Below are positions 9,555-18,276 of a DNA stretch of 64,000 bases, in pieces; positions within the stretch are counted from its first letter, which is position 1; each line of letters starts with the position of its first letter. The position numbers and the translations under genes were made by a program. This stretch comes from Thermoanaerobaculia bacterium (GTDB taxonomy: Bacteria > Acidobacteriota > Thermoanaerobaculia > Gp7-AA8): NCBI GenBank assembly GCA_036385045.1, contig DASVLC010000369.1, positions 1,493 to 65,492 on the forward strand, in the 5' to 3' direction. Below the pieces are notes generated by a model, which saw only the letters and a list, made by a program, of their open reading frames with translations, was not told where the DNA came from and searched no databases.

Positions 9555-10214
9555 TCATTGAGTCACCTGCGGTGAACTGTTGTCATGCGATGGGGTATCG
9601 ACGCGGCTGGCGATCCGTACTGGATCGGCTTCTGCGAGCGACGGGTCAACGGGAGCGATGTGGTAGACGCCGGTCTTGTCATCAACGTCGTAGACGAGAG
9701 CAAGTGAACCGGGAGCCAGGCTGTTGTCGCGAAAACAGCGGACCTCGATGATCAGCCCTGCGCCGCCGTCTTCGAGCTCGGCGCGTCCCGCATTGGCGGT
9801 GACACTTCCAGAGCGGATCGTGCAGAGCTTGCCGATGAAAGCGCGGCGGCTGGGCGCCTGCGCCGTCGCGAAGAAAGGACGGAGGGGGCGGGCCGCACGC
9901 GATGCGACGAAGAGACCGAGCGCCGCGGCGCCGAGACCAACCAGGGTGCCGGTCATCAGGTTCGTCGTATCGAGGAGACGCATCGCGAGAAGACTCGTAA
10001 CCCACCCGATCGTGGCGGTGATTCCTCCAACCACGGCGATCGGAACGCCGGCGATTCCGAGTGCCTCGAGCGCGCTGCCGGACTCACCCGCAGGAAGCCA
10101 GTCGATCTCCGCGACGCCAGCGAGTGCCAGAAGGCCGTAGATGAGAAACAGGGCGATGAGGACGGTGAATACCACCGTGGGGAAGGAGAGTGCGGCCGTG
10201 AAGAACGAGCTCAT
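9555..10214 (-). CDS. NfeD-like / YqiJ-like inner-membrane protein (OB-fold C-terminus)
   Basis: Multiple N-terminal TM segments are followed by a C-terminal soluble segment, 'GKLCTIRSGSVTANAGRAELEDGGAGLIIEVRC...GSLALVYDVD', typical of NfeD OB domains. The gene sits 22 nt upstream of the flotillin gene on the same strand, the classic NfeD-SPFH pairing. Confidence 0.75.
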   Translation of the reverse strand: MSSFFTAALSFPTVVFTVLIALFLIYGLLALAGVAEIDWLPAGESGSALEALGIAGVPIAVVGGITATIGWVTSLLAMRLLDTTNLMTGTLVGLGAAALGLFVASRAARPLRPFFATAQAPSRRAFIGKLCTIRSGSVTANAGRAELEDGGAGLIIEVRCFRDNSLAPGSLALVYDVDDKTGVYHIAPVDPSLAEADPVRIASRVDTPSHDNSSPQVTQ

Positions 10215-10300
10215 GGGGCCAGGTTCCGAAATGGGGGATAACTTTTTACCTGAGTGGGGGGTTGGAGTCCATCAAAAAAGCAGTTTCTGGGGAGTGCTGA

Positions 10301-10340
10301 GAGTCAAAGACCCGGGTGCGGGCTCGGGCGCGGGCCCGGG
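10301..10340 (+). repeat. family-E repeat (GAGTCAAAGACC + GGGCTCGGG tandem), copy 1
   Basis: gagtcaaagacccgggtgcgggctcgggcgcgggcccggg. Related copies lie at 19559-19609 and, inverted, at 19840-19884. Confidence 0.8.
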
Positions 10341-10360
10341 ATGTGAGCCTCGTGCAGTTC

Positions 10361-10514
10361 GAACCCGAGAAGTTCGAGGTTCGTGGCCGACGATCTTTCT
10401 GATGAGTAGGACGAAACGCGAAGTAGCCTCACTTGCTCGGCCTGAGGCGGTACGGAGTACGCAGCTTGCCAGGCCCCTCGCATGCCCACCCACCCGCCCG
10501 CCGCTCGGGGTGAC
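10361..10514 (+). repeat. family-FC repeat (about 150 nt), copy 1
   Basis: It aligns by eye with the reverse complement of 34446-34577. Shared blocks are ttcgtggc, cgatctt, gaagtagcc, ggtacggagtacgcagcttgccaggcc, gcatgccc and gctcggggtgac. The C part recurs at 63426-63485. Confidence 0.8.
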
Positions 10515-10521
10515 ATGTTGG

Positions 10522-10606
10522 CTGTCATCCCGAGCCGCCGGAGCCCCGTGGGTGGGAGGCTGGCGGGAGGGGCGGAGGACGGAGAGGGATCCCTTGCCGA
10601 CGACCC
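10522..10606 (-). repeat. family-A repeat, copy 2
   Basis: ctgtcatcccgagccgccggagccccgtgggtgggaggctggcgggaggggcggaggacggagagggatcccttgccgacgaccc. Confidence 0.9.
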
Positions 10607-10626
10607 ACAAGTACACACGCACCTGT

Positions 10627-10727
10627 GTCATTGGAAGCGTAGCGAGGGATCCGGTGGTGGGCGGTGGCAAACACGCGCATCGCACCGCCCGCCCACCCAG
10701 ATCCTCACGCTACGCTCAGGATGACAG
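10627..10727. repeat. family-B palindromic repeat, copy 1
   Basis: gtcattggaagcgtagcgagggatcc...ggatcctcacgctacgctcaggatgacag. It is self-complementary at its ends, and a second copy in the opposite orientation lies at 31689-31792. Confidence 0.85.
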
Positions 10728-10743
10728 CCTAACGGTCGACGAG

Positions 10744-13038
10744 CTACATCGTCAGCCGTTCGTAAGAGCTGCGAAGCAGCGTCACCCGTTTCACGTAGTT
10801 CCGTGTCTCCTGGAACGGGATGGCTTCGAGGAACTCGTCGATCGGGCGGCTGGGAGCTGCACGCCGCCATTTGCCGACGTTGCCCTGGCCCGCGTTGTAG
10901 GAGGCGACCGCCAGATACTCGTTGCCCTTGAAAATATTGATGACCATCCGGAGGTGAAACGTGCCGAGCTGGATGTTGACGTCGGGATTTTCGAGCCGGA
11001 GCGTCGCGAAGGGAATCCGCAGCCGTTTCGCATGATCGGCTGCTGTCGCCGGCATCAGCTGCATCAGTCCTGTCGCTCCGACGGGCGACTTCGCCTCCGG
11101 GTTGTAGTAGCTCTCCTGAAGGATCAGCGCGCGGACGAGATTCGGATCGAGCTTGTTCTTCTTCGCGTTTTCCTCGATGAGCTGATCGTGCTCCAGGGGG
11201 TAGTACATCCGGAGAAAGTAAGCGGGTGTGGAGTCCTGCTCGACGGTTGCGAGCTGGGGCCAGGCCCTTCGGAGGGAGCGGTACATCAGGAGCTCGTTGC
11301 CGGCGGCGTGATGAATGTCCGACATCAGAGCCTCCGCAAAGCGGACGTTCTGGCGGCGGGTGTTGCGGCGGATCTCGAGTGACGCATCGCGCATGGCGCC
11401 GAGCGCGGTCAGCTCGTAGGCCAGACGGAGCTCGTCTGGCATTTCTTTCTCGGCGATCTCGCCCCAGTCGGGCGCGTCCTTCTTCAGGGGATTCTCTTTG
11501 TACTCCTTCCGGGTTCCTCCGCGCGCCAGTGCATGGATCGCATAGAGATCGGTGTAGGGAGCATCAGCCAGGCGCCCATAAATCGCGGCGGCTTCTTCCT
11601 TGTTGCCGAGACGCTCGATCGTCCGGGCGAACCAGTAGTCGGATTGCCGCCGAACGTTGGCAGACGTGTACGTGTCGGCGATGAAGCGGAGCAGACGTCT
11701 GGCAGCTGCGAGGTCGCCGCGCTGATAGGCTCCCCAGCCTTTGTCCCAGAAGTACTGCAGCGCCGGATCGGCAGCAGCGTCGATTTTGATGACCTGAGGG
11801 ACCAGCTCCTGGAGGTAGCTCTCCTGATCCTTGGCGATGGCCCGATTGATCAGGGTGTCGAGCGTAGCGAGACGAAGATCATCGTCGATCGGTAGTGAGA
11901 GAAGATCCCGCAGCCGCTCGCTGGCAAGACGTTCGTACTCTTCCTTCCTCTTCTTCTTTTCGAGGTCGACCTGCGTGACCGTCCGGGTGACTGTCTTGTA
12001 AGTCGGCCTCGTGACGGTTTTCGCCTTCTGCCCCTTCTTTGCTTTCACCTTGACCTTGACGCTTCCGGTGCGCTTCTTCTCCTTCACCGTCTTCTTCACC
12101 TCCGGATCGATCGAGGCGGCGAGTACGGAATAGTTCTGTGCAGCGTGCCGGAGAGCTGGAATCGCAGTCACGTGCTGGCCGGAGGTGAGCGGCTCGAGAG
12201 CTTTCGACGAGTCCTCGAACCGACGGAGTCGCTGCAGGACGATACCTCGCTGAAGTTGGATCTCACTCCGCATACTCGGAGCCAGAGGCGCGAGGGCGTC
12301 GAGCTCTGCAAGAGCGGTTTGAGGATCGTTCGCGGCCATGAAAGCGACGGCGCGATCGAGCCGCTCGCTCGGAGTCATCGGGATGACTGCGTTCGCAGGG
12401 AGGCCGCTGACTGCGCGGACGAAGGCCGCCGCACGTGCGGCCGGCTCCGACCGCGGATGTCTGATGATGATGTTTCTCGCCGAGTAGAACGCACCCGACA
12501 GATCACCCACACGCAGTCGGGTCTGAACCGCGCTCCAGCGCGCCGCCGCCGAGACTTCGGAAACGTCGGACTTGCGCGCAACGGCCGCATAGATTTCGGA
12601 GCTCTTCTGCCAGTCGCCAGCGCGTTCGTAGAGATTCGCCAGTGAGAAGCCGGCGTCATGGGTGTAGATCATCCGCGGCGCGCGACGCCAGAGTGTTGCC
12701 AGCGTCCGCCGCGCGGCGGCTGAGTCCCCCGTCAGCTGATAACCGGTGGCGAGGTAGTAGAGCCGGTACTCTTCGACGGCGCGCGAGCCGAAATCGAACT
12801 GCGACAAGCTTGCGACAGCCGCTGCACCTTCATTCTGCTGCAGCGCCTGAACCCCGGCGGCGTACGGCTCGCGCAGCTTTTCGAGATCGGGTGGTGCCTC
12901 GGTCTGGGAGATCTGACGGAGGCGTTCCTCCTGTCGAGGACGTATCGTGCGCGCATAAAGGACGACCATGATCACGCCGGCGAGCGCGAGCAGGACGACC
13001 GAGATCAGGAGCCATCGACGGCGAATTAACTGCCACAC
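10744..13038 (-). CDS. soluble lytic murein transglycosylase (Slt70-like: superhelical N-domain + SLT domain)
   Basis: The C-terminal SLT catalytic motif is 'ALILQESYYNPEAKSPVGATGLMQLMPATA'. There is an N-terminal TM/signal segment and TPR-like helical repeats. Confidence 0.9.
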   Translation of the reverse strand: MWQLIRRRWLLISVVLLALAGVIMVVLYARTIRPRQEERLRQISQTEAPPDLEKLREPYAAGVQALQQNEGAAAVASLSQFDFGSRAVEEYRLYYLATGYQLTGDSAAARRTLATLWRRAPRMIYTHDAGFSLANLYERAGDWQKSSEIYAAVARKSDVSEVSAAARWSAVQTRLRVGDLSGAFYSARNIIIRHPRSEPAARAAAFVRAVSGLPANAVIPMTPSERLDRAVAFMAANDPQTALAELDALAPLAPSMRSEIQLQRGIVLQRLRRFEDSSKALEPLTSGQHVTAIPALRHAAQNYSVLAASIDPEVKKTVKEKKRTGSVKVKVKAKKGQKAKTVTRPTYKTVTRTVTQVDLEKKKRKEEYERLASERLRDLLSLPIDDDLRLATLDTLINRAIAKDQESYLQELVPQVIKIDAAADPALQYFWDKGWGAYQRGDLAAARRLLRFIADTYTSANVRRQSDYWFARTIERLGNKEEAAAIYGRLADAPYTDLYAIHALARGGTRKEYKENPLKKDAPDWGEIAEKEMPDELRLAYELTALGAMRDASLEIRRNTRRQNVRFAEALMSDIHHAAGNELLMYRSLRRAWPQLATVEQDSTPAYFLRMYYPLEHDQLIEENAKKNKLDPNLVRALILQESYYNPEAKSPVGATGLMQLMPATAADHAKRLRIPFATLRLENPDVNIQLGTFHLRMVINIFKGNEYLAVASYNAGQGNVGKWRRAAPSRPIDEFLEAIPFQETRNYVKRVTLLRSSYERLTM

Positions 13039-13096
13039 GGCGAACGTGCGGTGCTAGGAGGCTGCCAGCTCGAAGGGGACGCGTAGCCCTCCCGGC

Positions 13097-14464
13097 TCAG
13101 AGGCCGAGAACCTCTGCCCTGCCGTCTGCCAGAATGCGGACCAGTTCGTCATAGAAATAGTTCGATACTTTGCGCACGTCGTCCGCGATCCGCTCGTCAT
13201 ACATCTGGCGGCTCCGGTCGATGTCTTCTTTGAGACGCTCGTACAGGTCGTTGTTCTTGCGCCCCTGGTCGACCTTCGTCTCGTTGTAGAGCTTGATCTC
13301 AGAGACGAGCAGCCGTGCAAATCGTCTCGCCTCATCGTGCTTCTTCGACTCGTCGGTATGGCCACCTAATGCCGTGCCGCGCGCCAGTCCCGGTGGTGGG
13401 ATGTACTGCGTCGATGGTTTGTCTTCGCCGGGAAGAGATGGCGGCGGTGCAGGGGGTGCGGCCGCTGGCGGCGGCGGAGCCGGAGCACTCGGTGCCGCCG
13501 CTGGCGCGTTCATCATCTCGCGCATCTGCGCGGCACTGATTGCAACCGTTCCGGAGCCGGTGGTCATCGGAATCGCCGCCGCGGGAGGAGGAGGCGCTGG
13601 CGCTGGCGCTGGCGCCGGGGCAGCAGCCGGCCGCGGCGGTGCGGGTGCGGGGTGCGGTGCCGTGGCCGTAGGAGGTGCCGGCATCGCCGGCTGAGCCGCG
13701 GTCGCCTTGCTCTGCTCCTCGGTGAGACTGGGAGACGGAGTCTTTTTCCGGATTGCCAATGTATCGATCAGCAGTCCGGTCATGAAGACGAGCAACTGGA
13801 TCGATTCGACGTCGAGATTATCGACGTCCTTCCCGACGGCGTCGACGTAAACGGCAGCCGAGACCTTGTCCTTGATGACCATGGGGACGAGGACAGCGCG
13901 GTCCGAACCGGAGACGCCGAGCCTGGTGGCCAGATTAGCGCCGTCCCAGATCACGACCTGCTCATTCTTCAGCACGCGATCCAGCTCAGGCACGAGACCG
14001 GGAGTCGCATTGAAGCGCTTGACGCTCTCGTCGTTGCCGCCATGGTTGCCGAAGCCGACACCCTTCCAGCCGCTGAACATTTCGCCGCGAAGGATGAGAA
14101 GAGCGGCGCGGGATCCGAAGCCGAGACACTGTTCGAGAAGAGCGTTGAGAACGTCGACCTGCGACTTGCCACGCTCGATCGCCTGCACACACGACTTCAC
14201 ACGCGATGCGCCGGCACCACCACCGCCGGCGGGTTTCGCTGAAGCGAGCGCTTCCTGAAGCTCGGAGATTCCCCCCTGGATCTGGGGAAGAAAGGAGACG
14301 GCATTCACATCAGCCTGAATGCTCTGCAGCGCTGCATTGAGCTGTTGATCGACGGCCAGACGCACGTCTTCGATGGACGAACGGATCTCGGCCACCATCT
14401 TCTCGACCGATTGCCGAATGCCGGCATCGATCGAGCCTGCGACTTCGTCGCCTCTCTCGGCCAT
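13097..14464 (-). CDS. hypothetical protein: GAF-like domain, Pro/Ala-rich linker, conserved helical C-terminus
   Basis: A long ORF with coding-like composition. The central low-complexity segment is 'PAPAPPRPAAAPAPAPAPAPPPPAAA'. The C-terminal 'EARRFARLLVSEIKLYNETKVDQGRKNNDLYERLKEDIDRSRQMYDERI' looks like a conserved module, but I cannot name its family. Confidence 0.7.
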   Translation of the reverse strand: MAERGDEVAGSIDAGIRQSVEKMVAEIRSSIEDVRLAVDQQLNAALQSIQADVNAVSFLPQIQGGISELQEALASAKPAGGGGAGASRVKSCVQAIERGKSQVDVLNALLEQCLGFGSRAALLILRGEMFSGWKGVGFGNHGGNDESVKRFNATPGLVPELDRVLKNEQVVIWDGANLATRLGVSGSDRAVLVPMVIKDKVSAAVYVDAVGKDVDNLDVESIQLLVFMTGLLIDTLAIRKKTPSPSLTEEQSKATAAQPAMPAPPTATAPHPAPAPPRPAAAPAPAPAPAPPPPAAAIPMTTGSGTVAISAAQMREMMNAPAAAPSAPAPPPPAAAPPAPPPSLPGEDKPSTQYIPPPGLARGTALGGHTDESKKHDEARRFARLLVSEIKLYNETKVDQGRKNNDLYERLKEDIDRSRQMYDERIADDVRKVSNYFYDELVRILADGRAEVLGL

Positions 14465-14581
14465 AAATCCTCCGCCTGCTATAGCTTGCCTCGCCGGAAT
14501 GCGGCGCTCGGGGCGACGCGATTATCAGCTTCGCTCTCTTGCGCTGTCAAGGAAGCCGGGGCCGTGTTAACTTGTAATGCG

Positions 14582-15196
14582 ATGAGAGGTTTTCCCCACG
14601 TCCCCCTCATTTTTCTCCTGGTGCTCCCACTCGCCTCAGGTTGCAACACCGACTCTCAGCCCGATCCGCAGGCTGAATGGATCGAAGTGCTCCGGCACAA
14701 AGCGGCCGCCGTCGCCCCCGACGCAGCGGTCGAACAGAAACAGATCTACGCGGACGCGCTGCGAGAGTTCGTCCAGAGGCATCCAGGTCATGATCGCGGT
14801 AAAGAGGTCTGGCTGAACCTGCAGCTCACGTTCGCTGATGATCTTGCCTCGGCCGGCCGTCACCAGGAGGCCATCCGTCTCTACAAGTCGGTACTGACGT
14901 TCGACGAGCAGAACGAAGCTGCGCTTCGCGGCCTGGCCATCGCGGCGGACCGGCTTGCGGTGACGCGCGAGAAGCTCCTCGAGATCGAGAAAGGAATGAG
15001 CGAGGAGGATGTCGTTGCTCTGCTCGGAAGGCCCGCTCCCGGCTGGACCGCCAACAATAGCCGTCCCGAAGCGACGATCGTGGCGTGGTACTACCAGACA
15101 CGCAGCGGAGGAGTCGCCGGAGTCTACTTCCGAGACGGAGTGGTGTTCGCCGCCGAAGAGGACTCGAGCGCCCCTCTGGCGCGTCTCGGCTCGTGA
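14582..15196 (+). CDS. lipoprotein with TPR-like and BamE/SmpA_OmlA-like segments
   Basis: Trimmed to the ATG at 14582. The lipobox is 'LVLPLASGC'. The C-terminal 'EKGMSEEDVVALLGRPAPGW...VYFRDGVVF' resembles SmpA/OmlA. Confidence 0.7.
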   Translation: MRGFPHVPLIFLLVLPLASGCNTDSQPDPQAEWIEVLRHKAAAVAPDAAVEQKQIYADALREFVQRHPGHDRGKEVWLNLQLTFADDLASAGRHQEAIRLYKSVLTFDEQNEAALRGLAIAADRLAVTREKLLEIEKGMSEEDVVALLGRPAPGWTANNSRPEATIVAWYYQTRSGGVAGVYFRDGVVFAAEEDSSAPLARLGS

Positions 15197-15233
15197 AATC
15201 GCTTCTCAGGCTCATGTGTTGAAGACGGAACCA

Positions 15234-15569
15234 ATGCCGATCTACGAATATGAATGTACTGCCTGCAGCGATCGCCACGAGGTGATCCAGAGGTTCTCCG
15301 ATCCCGCGATCACCGACTGCCCCAAGTGCGGAGGCGTGGTGAGGAAGCTGATTTCTTCCCCGGCAATCCAGTTCAAAGGCTCAGGCTTCTACAAAACCGA
15401 CTACCCGAGCTCCTCGGCCAAAGCGAGCAAAGGTGGTACGGGGGACGCAAAGGGTGACTCGCCGGCATCGGCCGACAAGAGCGAGTCGACCAGCACAAAA
15501 AGCGAAACCAAGAGCGAAACGAAAGCAGAAACGAAGAGCGAGACGAAGAGCGGATCAGGAAGCGACTAG
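15234..15569 (+). CDS. FmdB-family zinc-ribbon putative regulatory protein
   Basis: 'MPIYEYECTACSDRHEVIQRFSDPAITDCPKCGGVVRKLIS' is the canonical CxxC...CxxC FmdB N-terminus. The tail is a low-complexity KSET repeat. Confidence 0.9.
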   Translation: MPIYEYECTACSDRHEVIQRFSDPAITDCPKCGGVVRKLISSPAIQFKGSGFYKTDYPSSSAKASKGGTGDAKGDSPASADKSESTSTKSETKSETKAETKSETKSGSGSD

Positions 15570-15575
15570 ATTCAC

Positions 15576-16277
15576 ATGGAATTGGCCCCTTCACCGCAGC
15601 TTCCGCAAACCGCGACGCGTAAGATCGTCGAGAAAACGATGGTCACCGCAAGAGACGTCAAGCGCCGGGCAGACACGATGCTCGAAGAGCTCTTCCGATC
15701 GGTGTTCGAAGAGATCGATACCGACAAGATCCGCCAGGAAGTGGACGTTCTGAAAGCAGGATCGCCCGAGTTTCTTCCTGCCGAGCATGCGCGGGTGCTC
15801 ACACGGCGCACGGCAATCCGTTGCGCTGCCGCGGGAGCGGTGACCGGTCTGCCGCTCGGTCTTGCGACGATCGGAACGCTCGGAGCGGACCTCGCATACC
15901 TGATCTACCAGCAGTTCCGTCTGGTAATCGGCATCGCGACGATTTATGGGCACGAGCCGACCGGCCGGGAACGATTTGGCGAGGTGCTGTCGTGCTTTGC
16001 ATTCGGATCGGGTGTCGGTGTCGGCAAGCAGGGCATCGCTGCGATGCTGGGTTCGGCGACGATCGAAGGCGGCATCCTTGCGGACAAGATCGCGGGACGC
16101 ATTCTTCGAGACCGGCTCGCCCGTGCAGTCCCGTTCGTCGGGATCATCTCCGGTGGTGCCCTCAACTATGCCGCGGTTCACCTCGTCGCGCGCAACGCGG
16201 TTCGTTACTACGAACAGCGTGTCGATCCCGAGATCGCGAACGAGATCTGGTCCGAAGGCGATCGCGAGCACGCGTGA
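15576..16277 (+). CDS. EcsC-family-like protein (tentative)
   Basis: 'GADLAYLIYQQFRLVIGIATIYGHEP' and a Gly-rich hydrophobic core resemble EcsC-type proteins. This is not verified. Confidence 0.55.
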   Translation: MELAPSPQLPQTATRKIVEKTMVTARDVKRRADTMLEELFRSVFEEIDTDKIRQEVDVLKAGSPEFLPAEHARVLTRRTAIRCAAAGAVTGLPLGLATIGTLGADLAYLIYQQFRLVIGIATIYGHEPTGRERFGEVLSCFAFGSGVGVGKQGIAAMLGSATIEGGILADKIAGRILRDRLARAVPFVGIISGGALNYAAVHLVARNAVRYYEQRVDPEIANEIWSEGDREHA

Positions 16278-16408
16278 TCTGGAGCCGCTCGCGCACCCTC
16301 GAAAATCGCGCCGAAATTCCCATCCGCGGACGCTCCAACACCACCTCTCAGTTGTAACGTGTTGTGGAATGCACGCACACGGGTGCGGGTTGGAGGCGCT
16401 TGAACGCG

Positions 16409-16711
16409 ATGCCCAAATTCGAACACGAAATACAGTCGGAGCCTGCCTCCGCCTTCTTCGACCGCCGTCGGATCCGACGTGTCCGCATGATCGTAGAGCT
16501 GACGCTGAACCTGATCAGCAGTGACCGAACGGTCGACCATCGCGAGGCGCGATCCCTCGTCGCCTGCGCCCGTAAGGCGATCCTCGATCTCGTTCCCGGA
16601 ATCGAAGAACAGTATGAGCGGGTCGTGCAGCCGCACTTCGATCGCGTGCTCCGGCAGCGGTGGCCGCAGGACGAGCTGCGCTACACCAGCGCCCACGAAA
16701 TGGTGAACTGA
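16409..16711 (+). CDS. hypothetical protein
   Basis: The ORF is trimmed to 'MPKFEHEI'. No recognisable motif. Confidence 0.45.
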   Translation: MPKFEHEIQSEPASAFFDRRRIRRVRMIVELTLNLISSDRTVDHREARSLVACARKAILDLVPGIEEQYERVVQPHFDRVLRQRWPQDELRYTSAHEMVN

Positions 16712-16718
16712 GCCCGTT

Positions 16719-18236
16719 TCAACGCTCCACCGACGTGGAGTCTCTTCCCATCTGCCGGGCTCTGATCGATGGATCATCGGGCACCACGTCGCGAATCTCC
16801 CATCGGGCAATCTGCTCTTCCGGGAATGCGGCACGTCGCGCGAACACCATCGCAGCTGAATCGAATCCGATCAACGCCCATCGATCGCGCGGCCAGTAGG
16901 CCAGTGACGCCGGCATCATCGAGGTCTCGCCGCTGACGCCGCTCATCGCGGTGACCGGTGCGCCGTACTCTTCGACTGCCAGATCGATCTCGTACTTCTC
17001 CAGCAGCTCGCGCCAGCGTCTCTGATCACCTCGCGCCGCCGCGTACTCCGGGATGTAGATGCGATACAGCTCATTGCGCCCGTCGGTGAGGACACGCCGC
17101 TCGGAATCCAACGACCAGATCAGAAAGCCTCCGAACTGATCGGGGTTGTAGATGTTGCCGGAGAAGCCGGCTTCGCGAAGACGGGCCACTGCGTCGAGAG
17201 GGAAACGATCCGGAGTGACTCCGAGGCGATGGTCGCCTGTCAACGCGAGAAGCAGGATGATGGATGCCGAAACGAGCCATGCCGCACGCCGCGGAATGTG
17301 CGAAGGACGCACGAGCGGCGTAATCAGAATCGGAAAGGCGGCGAAGAACAGCACCTGATTGCGAACGTGCCGTGCCGCCAGGTAACTGAAGAGCGCGAAG
17401 AGGATCAGTCGTGAGATGCGCGCCGCTCCACTCTCTTCCAAGTGATTGCTGCGGATGTTCAGCACGATTGCGATCGCACCGATCGCGATGCAGAAATAGA
17501 GCAGCGGAAAGAGCAGCGGTGGCGACGGAAGCCACTCGGCATTCACGAACTCCCCGCTGCGGACGTAGGTCATCAGCTCGAGCGGAGCGATCAATGCACG
17601 GATCCCGTAAGGGTTCACCAGCAGCCCGGTCAGGCTCGCGACGGCGGGAAGGATCCGCCGCGTCGTCAATCCGGCGAGCAGTGGTGCGAGAAGCGCCGAT
17701 GGGTGCGTATTGATCCAGACGATGGAGAGAACGGCGAGACCGAGTGGAGAGCGAACGACGAATGCTGCGATGACGAACAGCATTGCGACCGACGCCGGCC
17801 TGACATCCAGGACGGGCGAGGCTCCGGCGAAGGCCACGACCGCGAGTAGCAGTGCCACGTGCGCGTACTCGCGCGGAGGCACGTCGCGGTTGACGTGGCG
17901 TGAGGCGTAGAGAATCAGCAGGAAGATCAACGCTGCGAACAGGCCACGCGCAATCGAAAGCCCCGCGAGGCCACCGGCTTCGTGGAGTCCGTAGGCGCCG
18001 AGCTGAAAGAGCCAGGCGCCGTTGACCCAGAGATGCGGGTCGCTGGCGACGGTGAACGGATCAGTCGCCGGGAGGACTTTGTGCTCGACGATCCATCGTC
18101 CAGTGGCGAGGTGCCAGAAGAGGTCGTAGCTGCGGATTGGAGCGATGGCAGCGACGGCGATGAAAAGCGCGAAAGCGAATGGAATCAGTCGCTGCCACCG
18201 CGTCGTCTCGGTCATTGACGATGTGCGGAATCGCAC
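16719..18236 (-). CDS. polytopic membrane protein (possibly glycosyltransferase-39/ArnT-like)
   Basis: At least 10 hydrophobic segments are followed by a soluble C-terminal domain. The start may instead be the internal 'MTETTRW'. The function is a guess. Confidence 0.7.
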   Translation of the reverse strand: MRFRTSSMTETTRWQRLIPFAFALFIAVAAIAPIRSYDLFWHLATGRWIVEHKVLPATDPFTVASDPHLWVNGAWLFQLGAYGLHEAGGLAGLSIARGLFAALIFLLILYASRHVNRDVPPREYAHVALLLAVVAFAGASPVLDVRPASVAMLFVIAAFVVRSPLGLAVLSIVWINTHPSALLAPLLAGLTTRRILPAVASLTGLLVNPYGIRALIAPLELMTYVRSGEFVNAEWLPSPPLLFPLLYFCIAIGAIAIVLNIRSNHLEESGAARISRLILFALFSYLAARHVRNQVLFFAAFPILITPLVRPSHIPRRAAWLVSASIILLLALTGDHRLGVTPDRFPLDAVARLREAGFSGNIYNPDQFGGFLIWSLDSERRVLTDGRNELYRIYIPEYAAARGDQRRWRELLEKYEIDLAVEEYGAPVTAMSGVSGETSMMPASLAYWPRDRWALIGFDSAAMVFARRAAFPEEQIARWEIRDVVPDDPSIRARQMGRDSTSVER

Positions 18237-18276
18237 CCACGAGTTTGACGGCAGGGTCGCTCCGAGTCCGGCGACA

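Noticed and set aside
10399-10417. A hammerhead-ribozyme-like core, CTGATGAG-TAGGA-CGAAAC, inside family-FC copy 1
   Set aside because: Stem II would be only about 2 bp with a 3-nt loop. I could not find convincing stems I/III or a cleavage triplet. The second FC copy (34446-34577) lacks the CUGAUGA box, so the match is probably chance.
10141-10724. ORFs running through intergenic repeats (10141..11382 N-terminal part, 10272..10685, 10304..10618, 10482..10724, and similarly 19632..19886, 28125..28403, 58338..58757, 63377..63927)
   Set aside because: Their sequences are translations of the repeat families ('GKGSLSVLRP', 'LGMTG', 'ARDDS', 'PLRGS') and recur wherever the repeats recur. The 10141..11382 C-terminal part is antisense to slt.
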